Below are positions 32,682-43,417 of a DNA stretch of 64,000 bases, in pieces. Every line of letters begins with the position of its first letter. Position 1 is the stretch's first letter. A program made the position numbers and the translations under genes. Origin of the DNA: Diplonema japonicum (taxonomy: Eukaryota; Protista; Euglenozoa: Diplonemea); assembly GCA_964019335.1 (NCBI GenBank), contig OZ025706.1, forward strand, positions 186,001 through 250,000. Direction: 5' to 3'. The notes under the pieces were generated by a model. It did no database searches. It was not told where the DNA came from and saw only the letters and a program-made list of their open reading frames with translations.

Positions 32682-34148
32682 TATATTTTTTATTTTTTTT
32701 TATTTTCCCCTTCATTTCCAAAAAGGCTTAAACTGACACACGAAAAAAGTTTTTTCCATTAGGATGTCGGCCTTGCTCGACAACCTTCTTCTTCCAACAA
32801 TTGCAACAAACTACTTAAAGTCTGGTGGGGAATGGGGGGAGGGGAGGAGGGCACCATTGCGGTGTAGTTTTTCTTCTTTTGGCAGTACTTTTTTTTTCTC
32901 TTTTTTTTCTCTTCTTTTTTGCTTTTTTTTTTCTTCCCCCCCACCCTACCCCATTTTTTATCTCATTCATCAATCAGCCCTGCTCCGTGATTCCTTTTGT
33001 ACTATCGTTCTTTCTTGAACCCGGGCAAAAAAAAAAAAAAAAAAAAAAGCCAGGAAGGAGGGGAAATGAAAAAGAAAATATGGCAAAAAAAAAAAACTTT
33101 TTTAAAAAAAAAAGTGGAAGAATAGAATGGCCCTCTGGGTGAGGAATGGGAATGGGGGGGGGGTTTTTTTTTTGAGACAAAAAAAAGAAATTCACAACAG
33201 GGGGGCGGGGAACGAGGTAAAGTCGCCTCCTTTTTTTTTTGCGACAACCTACCTTTTAAAAAACAGTAAAGGTGTCTATAGGGGGGGGGGGTGGCAAAGC
33301 CATTTTTACACAGCTAGCATTTTCTGCCGAACCTGCTACCCACCCATCCCCTTAATGAGAACCTTTAACAGCGAAAAAAAAATTACATCTCAAAAGGGGG
33401 TGGGCGGGGAAGTGGGGTTCTTATTTTTTTTTTGAAAAAAAATTACACAAAACCAGACCGGAGCACTAAGTAAATATAGGAAACAAGTATTTTTTAAAGG
33501 GGGGGGATGTGTGTGTCCAGAAGTTTAGAAAGAAAAGTCGGTAACTTTACTTTTTTTTTTTTTTGCCTCAGTTTTTCTCACTCTTTTTTTTTTCTCAGTC
33601 CCATTTAGGGTCCGTCGCTATTTAAAACGAAGGGTGCATTTTTTTGCTTCTCTTCTGACTTCTAGTTCGTGTGGTTTCTGTTGTTTCTTCTTTTTTTATT
33701 TTCTCTTTTTTTTTTCGTTTATATTTCACTTTAGAGTTTACTTTACTCTCGCCACCCCCCCCACCCCTTTTCTTTTTTTTTTATTCCATGAACAAAAAAA
33801 GTCCACGAGTACCTTTTGAAAGTCTCTTTTCTATATTTTCATGTCCCCCCCCCCCCCCCCCTCACTTGACAAAAAAAAGATATGGGGAGCAAACGGGAAA
33901 AAACAAAAAAAAAAGAGGGGCAAGGGAACGGGGGAGGGGGTGCAAACAAAAACAAAAACAAAAACAAAAACAAAACAAAAAAAAAAAAACCATGCAGGCC
34001 GCTGATGCTGCAAGCCTAGGGAAAGTAAAGAGAGGGAGATGGAGGGGAGGGGGAGATGTTATACTAATAAGAAAAGGAAAAAATAATTTTTTTTGTGTGT
34101 GTGTTGCTTTTGCTGTCCCCCTCCCCCCCCCCCCCCCCCCCCCCCCGC

Positions 34149-34778
34149 TCAATCCTCTAAACTAGCACCAACAGGGCACCCAGTGTCATTACGTAAGGAA
34201 GATGAAGAGGCAGACTGAAATGACGCGGATGCTTGTTTACCGCATACAACAGTCAGCTTGTCCTCGTCAGAGGTGTTTGGAGTGTCTTTCTCTTTCTCTT
34301 TAAGAGTCTTAAGAGGCGGCATCGGCCCTTTGCTGGTGATGATGTCAAAACACGACCCTCCTTCCTGCGCCGCCTCCCAACCAGTAACATTCACACAAGA
34401 ACTTGAAGAGCGATACTCAGTGAGGTCAATCTCCCGCATGGGAGGGAGCGTGTTGCCAGACCTGATCTGAGACCTTGGGTTCACGATGAACACCAGATCC
34501 AAAGGCACCCCTACACAGTAGTACGATAAAAGGTCTGTCGGTGCATTCCCAAATGCAGCAATGAACGGGTGGCCACACAGAGGGACTGACCGTTCGTTGA
34601 ACCGCCCGCTTTCTAAACAATTTTTTTTTTTTTTTTTTTTCTTTATAAAAATTAAATTCCATACCATCACGAACCGCAGGGGATATCCCCATAGCCACCA
34701 GGCTCGCAGCAAGGGCATCGGCTTCAGGGCCGTAATTCAACCGGGGTGGGTGCGGTTTATAATTGAAAACTTCAAGAA

Positions 34779-34817
<39 letters not shown>

Positions 34818-35750
34818 TCTTTATTATTTTTCTTTTTTCCAAACCTCCAAAAGCGCCGGTATTTTGAACAAATGTGGTTGTTTTTTGACGACCTCCCTGA
34901 ACAAAACCTCGAAAACGAAGTCCGGACAGGCTATGACGGGGCCCGGGGGAAGCTTGTAGCAGTCCTTCTCCGCGGGCTTATTTTTGTTGAAGAATGTGAA
35001 CTTCTTCTTCTGAGGATCGGTGGGGGAGGCGCTGGTGGCCGGGGGGATCACATTCTGCCTAACAGAATCGATGTAGTCCCTTGTTGAGTTGTTGGAGGTG
35101 ATAGGGCGTGAAGTGAGGTAAATGACTTGATGCCCTTCAGAGTTGAGGTCAGAATAGAACTTTGCAATGCCCGAGTGAGAAAAATCTTTTTTTAGAAACC
35201 CGGCTATTTGACCCCCAACATTGCTCTTTGTGATTGTACCATCAACGTCGGATATTACAATTTTTTTATCATGCGGCACCAAGTATGCTCTGCAATATAG
35301 TACCTGCAGCCCCCTCATGCGGGAGGACACGAGAAATCTAATTGTATTTCTCCCGTTTTTCAGGTTCATTTTTGCGAGAACCTCGTGCGGTGGGGTGGTA
35401 CGTGCTAAAGGGTCGCTTTTGTGTGACAGAATTCGTTGTTCCCGTTCGTTCTGAGGTGCCCATTCTTCTTCTTCGTTCTCCTCGTCTTCCACGTCTGCTT
35501 CCTTCTTGAACTGCTCCGGTATCTCTTTTAGCGCGACGAATTCGCATTCCCCCTTCACCCCCAAAGACATGAAAACTTTTGTTAGCTCCCCGTTCACTTC
35601 CAACCTTACGTATTTGCCCCTGCTTCTTATTTTGATTCTTCCGAATCTAACGCAGAATGAGGTGCTCTTCAGCGTGCCGTCTGGGCCGCGAGTCACCAAA
35701 ACATCATTACACCCGCTGAGGATGGCGTCAGTTGCATCCTTGATCCCCAT
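34149..35750 (-). CDS. Lipin / phosphatidate phosphatase, 3 exons
   Basis: N-LIP (LSGCNDVLV...FCVRFG), catalytic ISDVDGTITKS, YLTSR, AAFGN. Introns 34780..34844 (phase 0) and 34613..34664 (phase 1). Confidence 0.9.
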
Positions 35751-35820
35751 TTTTTTTTTTTTAAAGAAATATCCACACCCCCTTCTCCACCCCCACCCCC
35801 TGCCCTCTCTCCCTCCCTGT

Positions 35821-35878
<58 letters not shown>

Positions 35879-35987
35879 GATGTTGGAGGAAAAGAAAAAA
35901 AAAAAAAAAAAAATGAGAAAAGAAAACATCTTAGTGACACCAGGTTTTCTTATTGAAAGAAGGGGAAAAGAATGAAATCATAGTATA

Positions 35988-36173
35988 CAGGGCTAACCGA
36001 TGGCCAACGGGGATTTTTTAATCGACCTCAATCGGGAGGAGAGCATGCAACCGGCTTTTAATAGAGTCCTTTCGGTCAGATGTGAGTTTTTCTTATTGAG
36101 CCGACTAGTCGGAACCGCGACTCTTTTTGATCGAAAATCTAAAATTGCTCCCGACGGTGATCGGTTAACCCTG
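35988..36173. mobile_element. Candidate 186-bp MITE with hAT-like termini
   Basis: Terminal inverted repeat CAGGG(C/T)TAACCGAT (13/14); homopolymer-poor island with central palindrome CCGACTAGTCGG. No 8-bp TSD visible. Confidence 0.5.
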
Positions 36174-36478
36174 GACACTGTGAAGAAGAAAAAAAAAAGG
36201 GGGGAAGCAGGGGTGGTGGGGGAAACAGAAGAAAACTACAACAGAAAAAAAAAAAAAAAAAACTACTAAAAATGAACGGGGGAGAGGGGGGAAAAGGCAA
36301 GAAAGTACCCACCCCCTCCCCCCTCTCCTTCACCCATTCTATTATTCTTTCTTTTTCTTTTTTTTTTTTTCCCTTCTGTATCTATCTCCCCCATTTTAAG
36401 CTACGAGGTACCGGAGATGCTCTGTTAAAAAAAAAAAAAAATTAAAAAAACCTTTTTCAAAAAAAAAAAAAAAAAAAA

Positions 36479-38302
36479 TCACACCATGCCATCTTCCTCT
36501 TCCACCCCTCGCTGATCGGATGACCCGCCTGCGGAGTGCATGGCAAAGGAAGGCGCCATTGAGGGTGCCACAGAAGGCTCGTAGTTTGACCCCATTGAAG
36601 GTTTCGAAGTCAGCTTCAAGTTGGAAAGAGGAGAAGGGGCGTTGAGTTCGAGAGACGAACCTGTGTCGGCTCCCTCTGGAACGATGAGGGGGACACCTCC
36701 TGTGCCTCTCGCATCGATAAGCCGCCGAAGCTTACCAGAAGTTTCACAGGTTTTCATTACCGATGGCTTGATGGAGTGCACCTCAACATGGTACTCGGGG
36801 ATGTTCTGATCCCCACGTGGCGAACGGATGACATCACGTACAGACATTGCCAACCGTTTTTTGGTCTCGATGTCCATTTGACGGGGTTCCTTTTGGCCCT
36901 TCTTGCCTGTGAGGAGGAGGTTGATGATGACAACGTCTTTGGATCCGCCCTCATCCTCCCGGTAGTCGTGGATGACTTGGAAGTCTAGATACTCGCCCAG
37001 CAGAGGTTCTAGCTCCGACAGAAAAATCAGGTTTTCACCCAAAGAGAACGTGAGGTGCTGTCTCGCAGTAAGCCTCACAGCCGCCCGCCGTTCCCCGGCG
37101 AATTGAATTATTTTCGTTTTAGCAACATCCCCCGTGTCGTACCTTAGTATCGGTATTCTCTTGCGGTGCATCATTGTGCACAGCACCCTCCCGGAGCCTC
37201 GCTCTTCGGGCGATTCGATTCTTACCATTTTAACCTTCCATTTTCGCCGGCGGATTTTCGGTTTTTCCCGTTTGCCGTGAGGGGACCCCATGGTGATGAG
37301 CTCGTCCTCGGGCAACCACGGGCCCGACCAGTCCCAAGCACACGACCAGTCGTTTGCGATTTCCCATTTCCCGGAGAATCCCCATACACCGTGTTCTTCA
37401 ACGGATGGTAGTTTCACTTCAGAACGTCTTTGCGGGTTCAGATTCTCGTCGGTCCATTGCGGTGGGTCTTTCTTCATGAGTTTTGATTTCCAACCCACCA
37501 TGGGGTATTTCCGTTGGTTCTCATATACCTCTGCAAACGACTCCATAGTACTAGGGGGCAGCTCCGACCGCGAACATTTCTTCAAAGAAAGCTGGACGTG
37601 TGGGCATGTTAGAAACATCTGCAGGTCGCGGAGCTGGTGGGGTGAGAAGCCGATTATACCAAGCTCAGCCGTTCCGTAGATGGCGGAGAAGGACGGGTTA
37701 AACACCTTCGAGTGTTGCTCAAATGCGAATTGTTGTTGAAATGAACGGTACTGGGCAGTGTGGGGGAGGTTGCCGTATAAAATAATATTAGTTATAGGTA
37801 TATTTTTTATGCCTTCCGTCTGCATGAACCAGACGAGTTGGGCCAAACGGTTTGTGGTAGAGAGAATGGTGTTTGCTTTAAAACGTTGCATTGTTCTTGT
37901 GATGTAATCGTCAGACTGGCGTGAGTCGCAGGGGAGGATAGAAGCGCCGCATGAAGTGGCTAGACGCTGGATGGTTTCGTAGAGTGGGTAGCCCCCGCTT
38001 TGAGGGGCGAGGAGGTTCACGACGGCCATTCCTTTTGTGAAGAAGTCGATTTCTTTGCAGAAGGTTTTTGCGGTTTCTTCTTCCTGACCCCACTCGGTAC
38101 TGTCTACTGGGGTGTAGAAGCGTTTCGCGGTCGCCATCCCCCCGGACCCGCACCAGACTACTCCACTGGAATCGCCGGATAGCCCCTCGTCCCCTTTGCC
38201 CAGCCCCTTTTGTACAATGTCCTTCGTCGTGATTACATTCTCGTCCACGGTGATTCCTTTATATATTTTGCATTTTCTTGCTTCTTCTATTATAAATTCC
38301 AT
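36479..38302 (-). CDS. Phenylacetate-CoA ligase (PaaK)-like ANL protein with an inserted dysferlin/peroxin (DysF) domain
   Basis: Divergent P-loop (SSGVVWCGSGG), AIYGTAELG, IPILRYDTGD; insert YENQRKYPMVGW...W...WDW...RRRKW. Confidence 0.7.
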   Translation of the reverse strand: MEFIIEEARKCKIYKGITVDENVITTKDIVQKGLGKGDEGLSGDSSGVVWCGSGGMATAKRFYTPVDSTEWGQEEETAKTFCKEIDFFTKGMAVVNLLAPQSGGYPLYETIQRLATSCGASILPCDSRQSDDYITRTMQRFKANTILSTTNRLAQLVWFMQTEGIKNIPITNIILYGNLPHTAQYRSFQQQFAFEQHSKVFNPSFSAIYGTAELGIIGFSPHQLRDLQMFLTCPHVQLSLKKCSRSELPPSTMESFAEVYENQRKYPMVGWKSKLMKKDPPQWTDENLNPQRRSEVKLPSVEEHGVWGFSGKWEIANDWSCAWDWSGPWLPEDELITMGSPHGKREKPKIRRRKWKVKMVRIESPEERGSGRVLCTMMHRKRIPILRYDTGDVAKTKIIQFAGERRAAVRLTARQHLTFSLGENLIFLSELEPLLGEYLDFQVIHDYREDEGGSKDVVIINLLLTGKKGQKEPRQMDIETKKRLAMSVRDVIRSPRGDQNIPEYHVEVHSIKPSVMKTCETSGKLRRLIDARGTGGVPLIVPEGADTGSSLELNAPSPLSNLKLTSKPSMGSNYEPSVAPSMAPSFAMHSAGGSSDQRGVEEEDGMV

Positions 38303-38435
38303 TTTTTTTTTTTTTTTTTTTTTTGCCCTGTGGTTTTTTTTGTCGTCGTAAAAAAGCGGGTGGGGGGAAAGAACCATAACCAAAAGAAGAAGAACGAAAG
38401 AAAGAAAAAAAAAAAGGTGAAGTTGTCTGAAGTCC

Positions 38436-38471
<36 letters not shown>

Positions 38472-38946
38472 TATTTCTCTCTTCATCTCCTCTACATATA
38501 TATACCTGGATTCGAAGTCTTTTTTAAACCCGCTCCCCACGATGCATCGTCGCTTTAAGAAAACAAAAGATTGCCGTAAAACAAAGAGAAAAAAAAAGGG
38601 GGGGAAGAAGATAATTTGCGGTACCATGATGGTATGAATCTTGTACAGGAGAGGAAGTAAAAAAAAGGGGGGGGGGGGCGGGGAGGGAACAGAAAAAAGC
38701 AGCCAGGACAATATAAAAAAAAACGCAACAAGCACCTTTTTTTTTTTTTTTTCCCTCTTTTTTTTTTACCCCCCTTCGAACTTTTTTTTCTGATGTATCC
38801 ACTTTTTTTTTTCCCTCCCTGCTTTGTTCCATTTGTCTACTCGTATATTGCTTTTTTTTTTTTTTTTTTTTTTTTTTGACACACTATTTTCTTTTTTTTT
38901 TTATATTTCTTTCTTTCTTTTTTTTTCTTTTTTTTTTTCCACCCTT

Positions 38947-40299
38947 CTACAACTCTTCCTCGCTCTTCTCTTTCTTTTTGCTCCCTTTCCCTGTCTTCCC
39001 CTTCAAAGCGTCTGCCAGTTTTTCAACATGTTCGTAAATAGGCAACGGGTTCCCATCTTCGTCATGGGTGGGCATCTTGAAATGCGGCATGTCCGCAGGT
39101 AGGTTAGGGTCTTTGCCAGGTTTGAGATCACCGAGTTTAGGCTTCTTGGGGGCGGTATCGTCCTCCTTCTTAACTTTTTTTTTCGGTTTTTTGACTCCCC
39201 CAAAGACGGGTGTGAATTTTATAACCTTGTTGGTAACGTTTAAAGAGGGGAATGAGAACCACTCAAGCATCACACTTCTGTTGGTCGGTGTTGGGTAAGG
39301 CGTTGACATATTATGAAGAGTTTCCCATGTGACAGTTGTGTTCTCACCTTCTTCATTTTGAGGGGTTTGAACTGACACCTGAAGATGCCATTTTACAGGG
39401 TCTCTCTCAGGGAAGTCGTTCGCGGTGGTGAAGGTGAAGCTGTCAATGACAGCATCAACAGTAAAGTTGAACAAAAAACTTTTTTTACCGTTGTCAAGAC
39501 ATTTCGTCTTCGGGTTCTTGTCCATCAGGTTCGCTGGACCTTCTGTTCCGGGGTGGTCTTGCGATTCACTTGTAGCCTCTACCCCGTCATAGCTTGACAT
39601 TTCCACGCCTTCATGCGCGAAATGAAAATCAGCAATTTGATAGCTTTTCGCGGTTCCCTCCAATCTGGTTCTTTCCCATTTTCTTGAGCGGCGGTCTTCG
39701 AACGCGGCTTTGTTGCGGTCTTCCTGTTTCAAGTCAAATTCCGGGCTGCGACAGGTTTCAACAATTCTGCAGAAATTCTCCGCGAACTCTTCGTCGGTAA
39801 AAGGCTTGCGGATCATCTCGTGGATTTCTTCATCGTAATCATCAAGGAATTCATTGCAAGTCTCTTCGATAACCTTATTAGGTTTCTTCACACAGTCCGC
39901 GTCTTGCTTGTTGTAAGAGACCGCTTCGGAAAATGACGGGTTTTTGGAGAATACACGATGGCCTTCTTCAGTGTTTCGCAGCTTGTACCCGGAGATGCCA
40001 GTGCAGATGCCTTCTGTGGCTTCGATGGATAAAAGTTCTGAGTTTGCGTAGCTTAGCTTTTTGACACCGCCGTCGCCGTGGGGGTCCCACTTTCCGTTGC
40101 CGAGCCTGTGGCTAACTTGGACAGGTTGCTTTTCCTTCTCCAACAAGCTCCTTTTTCGTTCCATTATCTCGCCAGCGATAACTTTGCAAGCAGAGCATCT
40201 CAACTGCCCCAACTTGTTCAGCCTCCCCCCTTGAACCTCAGGTACCATCACCGACATGGCCGCAAACACCATCAACAGTGGCTGCCGACTGGATTGCAT
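38947..40299 (-). CDS. Canopy/saposin-like (DUF3456-type) ER protein with discoidin/galactose-binding-like domain
   Basis: Signal peptide; RCSACK...SELL..EGIC...CNEFL...FC..C; NLMD.NPKTK and TTANDFPERDPVKW; C-terminal EEEL. Confidence 0.7.
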   Translation of the reverse strand: MQSSRQPLLMVFAAMSVMVPEVQGGRLNKLGQLRCSACKVIAGEIMERKRSLLEKEKQPVQVSHRLGNGKWDPHGDGGVKKLSYANSELLSIEATEGICTGISGYKLRNTEEGHRVFSKNPSFSEAVSYNKQDADCVKKPNKVIEETCNEFLDDYDEEIHEMIRKPFTDEEFAENFCRIVETCRSPEFDLKQEDRNKAAFEDRRSRKWERTRLEGTAKSYQIADFHFAHEGVEMSSYDGVEATSESQDHPGTEGPANLMDKNPKTKCLDNGKKSFLFNFTVDAVIDSFTFTTANDFPERDPVKWHLQVSVQTPQNEEGENTTVTWETLHNMSTPYPTPTNRSVMLEWFSFPSLNVTNKVIKFTPVFGGVKKPKKKVKKEDDTAPKKPKLGDLKPGKDPNLPADMPHFKMPTHDEDGNPLPIYEHVEKLADALKGKTGKGSKKKEKSEEEL

Positions 40300-40846
40300 T
40301 TTCTCTTCGGTTTTTTTTTTTCTTTTTTGTACCCCCTTTTTTTTTGAATACACCCCACCAACACCTTTTTTTTTTTTTTTTTTCTTTCCCCCCCTCCCCC
40401 CCCCCCCCCCCCCCGGTGTTCTACAATTAAAAAAAAAGGTAGTTAGAGACCAAAACAAATCAGAAACAAAAAAAAAAGAAGAAGAAATAAATACAAACAC
40501 CCCCTTTTTTTTGGTGAATAGGTCACCCCCCCCCTTTTCTTTGTGTGTCGCTTCCCATCCACTTCATCAATGAGGAAGGGGGGGGGGGGGGGGGGAATAG
40601 GGTTAGATTCGATATTTTTTTCACATTTTCTTCTTCATTTTTTTTTTCTTTTTTTTTTTCTCTCTTCTCCGTCTCCATTTTCTCATCTTCTTTCTTTTTT
40701 TTTTTTTTTTTTTTTTTTTTCTTCTCTTGCCCGTGGGCCTGAAAGAATCCTGCCTGGCAAGGGGGAGGAGGAGTTCTTTAAGAACATAAAGCTAGCTAAA
40801 GTACACTTCATCTTCTCAAAAAAAAAAATATATATATATATATATA

Positions 40847-41941
40847 CTATTGAACAAGACACATGGCACCACCACCACCACCACTACCATTAAGCGTCAC
40901 GGAAGGGAGACCTGTCCCTGGGACGACAAGTTGCGGGAGGATAAACTTGACCACTGTCATTATAAGGTCTGGGGGGAGGAGACGGATGAGCTCACCGGTT
41001 TTCGAGACATGCAGCCGACGAGAAGCTTCTGTGAGCCGCAGCTGCCACATGATAAACGTGACAAGGTTTTGTTTATGGTTGAGGATGTTTAGAGTGGAGG
41101 GCCGCGATGCTGTGACCCGCACGCCGAAGGAAGGAACGGTGCACTGCCCGTGCGTGTTGTCCCCCCAACACAACACAGACCCATCGCTCACAAGCGCAAC
41201 TGAAACATGTTCATCAGCCGAAATACTAACGATTTTTTTATCCCCGTCAACCTTGGGAACGTCGCACTGCCCGAAATTGTTCTCCCCCCACGCCATGACC
41301 TCACCATTGCTGAGCAACACCAGACTATGTCGAGAACCACATGCCACTGCAACAGGTATGTCGTTTTTATTGAAAACAGGTGGAGTGTTCTGTTCCCCAT
41401 AGCTGAACAGGCCCCATGCTACGATCTTCCCTTCTGTAGTGATACCCATGGAGCGGTACGCACCAGCAGCTATGTACACATATCTGTCGTTGCCCACAGG
41501 AACAGATGTCTCCCCGTGGAGGTTCCGCCCCCATCCGGTCACAGAACCGTCTTCGTGGAGTGCTAAGGTGTGTAGAAGTCCTGACGCGATGCTTACTGTT
41601 CTTGGTAGGTTTGTAGGGGGTTTCTCGCAGCATCCCCATGTTATGACTTCCCCGCCGTGGAGCACGGCAGCTGAAAAGGCCATGCCTGCACTTATGTCTA
41701 CTGCGCTCCTCACTGTTTCCGGTGGGGTAGCCTGACCCTGTAGGTTGTGGCCCCAGCCTACTATGTCGCCGTTCTCCAACAGCGCTAGGCTGTGTGTTCC
41801 ACCAGCTGCTACCTTGCATGCTCTCCCTCCTAACTGCGGGCTGTACTTCCATGTGCTCCGCCCCCATCCTAAATGTCCCCACCCTGCCACGGAACCATCT
41901 TCTAACACTGCAAGGCAGTGAGCCTGCCCAACGGAAACCAT
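40847..41941 (-). CDS. RCC1-repeat beta-propeller protein ending in a CaaX-like motif
   Basis: Repeated AGxxHSLAL..GxVxxWGxNxxGQ units; ends CLVQ. Confidence 0.85.
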   Translation of the reverse strand: MVSVGQAHCLAVLEDGSVAGWGHLGWGRSTWKYSPQLGGRACKVAAGGTHSLALLENGDIVGWGHNLQGQATPPETVRSAVDISAGMAFSAAVLHGGEVITWGCCEKPPTNLPRTVSIASGLLHTLALHEDGSVTGWGRNLHGETSVPVGNDRYVYIAAGAYRSMGITTEGKIVAWGLFSYGEQNTPPVFNKNDIPVAVACGSRHSLVLLSNGEVMAWGENNFGQCDVPKVDGDKKIVSISADEHVSVALVSDGSVLCWGDNTHGQCTVPSFGVRVTASRPSTLNILNHKQNLVTFIMWQLRLTEASRRLHVSKTGELIRLLPPDLIMTVVKFILPQLVVPGTGLPSVTLNGSGGGGGAMCLVQ

Positions 41942-42228
41942 TCCTGAGGAGACTGATTATGATTGGAGTGGGGGGGGGGGGGGGGATTTGAAATAACAAC
42001 ATGGAAAAAAAAATTCTTTTTTTTCTTTTTTTTTTCTTTTTCTTTCTTTTCCCCCTGCCCTTTTTTTTTTCTTTTTTTTTTTTTCTTGTTCATTTTCTCT
42101 CTTTTTTTTTTAAAGTTCTTTTTTTTTTCTTTTCTACCGGGGGGCGGTGTCCCGCTTTTTTTTTTAATTTGGATTGTACAACATTTTTTTTTTTTTTTTT
42201 TTTTTTTTTTTGGGGACAGCGGGGATTA

Positions 42229-42260
<32 letters not shown>

Positions 42261-42320
42261 ACACGAAGTGGAGGGGGCACATCGATACAAAAAAAAGAAA
42301 GAACTAGTTTTAGGCGCTTC

Positions 42321-42405
42321 ATTTGCTTGTGCGCACGAGCGGAATTTTTACCTAATAAAATAGCTCATTACGCTGCCATCAACTAGTCTCGACAACAATA
42401 TTGTT
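42321..42405 (-). repeat. ~90-bp dispersed repeat, copy 2
   Basis: Reverse complement of 5767..5857 with two substitutions and two indels. Confidence 0.9.
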
Positions 42406-42520
42406 GAAAAAAAGAAGAATTAAAAAAAAACAAGAAAAAACAAAGAGAACAAGAAAAAGGGCTTATAAGCTGACCAAAGGGGGAATTCTATAAAAAAGAG
42501 GGGGAAAAAAAAAAGATATT

Positions 42521-43198
42521 CTAGTGTCTAATTGCAGAAAGCGAGTTCTGTTGATGGTGGGAGCCGACTTGTTCCTGCCACCTGTGAAGCCAGTTTGGGT
42601 CTGATCGGTCCTGGTTCGAGGGGGTCGGAGAAGGGGACTGAACAGGGTAATGTTGTGCAGGCCTCACGGCAGTAACAGCGGCCTCTGATGTCAGGCGTTT
42701 GATTTCTTCTCCTTGAAATTCAACTGTTGCTCGAAGTGCGACTATCTCCGCTTGGAGGATGGACATTTGTTGGCCGAGCTGCGTGTTGAAGTCTTGAAAA
42801 GTATCGTCTTGACGTCCCCTCTTCTCGTCTTCAAGGGATTTTATACGTCTGTCGAGTTCTTCGTACCTCCTTCGTTCCTCTATAGCTTGCAGTGCCTGCA
42901 ACCGCCCTATATTTTCCATTTTTTTAGTTTCTTTCATCGGGGATGTAATCTGCTCTCTTATAGGAGCCGGTGACTGCAAAGGTGACTGGTACCGTAGTGA
43001 CCTGTCCACGGATGTTGACCGCCCGCTTGGTCTGCCCAGCCTAGGCGGGGCTTGCTGTAGTACTGCCGGGACCACCGGACTCCCCGGTGTTACGTGAACA
43101 GGGCTTGGGGTCACACTTTCCCTTGGCGGGTCCCTTTTTACTCCGCTCCGCAGCGGCGACACCTTGTTTACAGGCATGTCCTTAGGAGGTATGGGCAT
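42521..43198 (-). CDS. Hypothetical Pro-rich / coiled-coil protein
   Basis: Open frame from MPIPPK; the upstream part of the track ORF is homopolymer-derived. Confidence 0.65.
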   Translation of the reverse strand: MPIPPKDMPVNKVSPLRSGVKRDPPRESVTPSPVHVTPGSPVVPAVLQQAPPRLGRPSGRSTSVDRSLRYQSPLQSPAPIREQITSPMKETKKMENIGRLQALQAIEERRRYEELDRRIKSLEDEKRGRQDDTFQDFNTQLGQQMSILQAEIVALRATVEFQGEEIKRLTSEAAVTAVRPAQHYPVQSPSPTPSNQDRSDPNWLHRWQEQVGSHHQQNSLSAIRH

Positions 43199-43417
43199 TT
43201 TCCCCGGAAAACCCTCCAATTTCTTTTTTGCGTGTGTCTGTTTGTCATTAAAAAAAAGAAAGACAAAAAATCTTTTTTGAAAACAATGAAGTGAGAAAGA
43301 AAAAAAAGGAAAAAGGGGGGGGGGGGAGAAAGAAACGAGGACCACACTAATAAAACTCTCTTGTCTCTTTTTTATTTATATTTTTTTTCTCTCTCTCTCC
43401 CCCCCCCTTTTTTTTAT

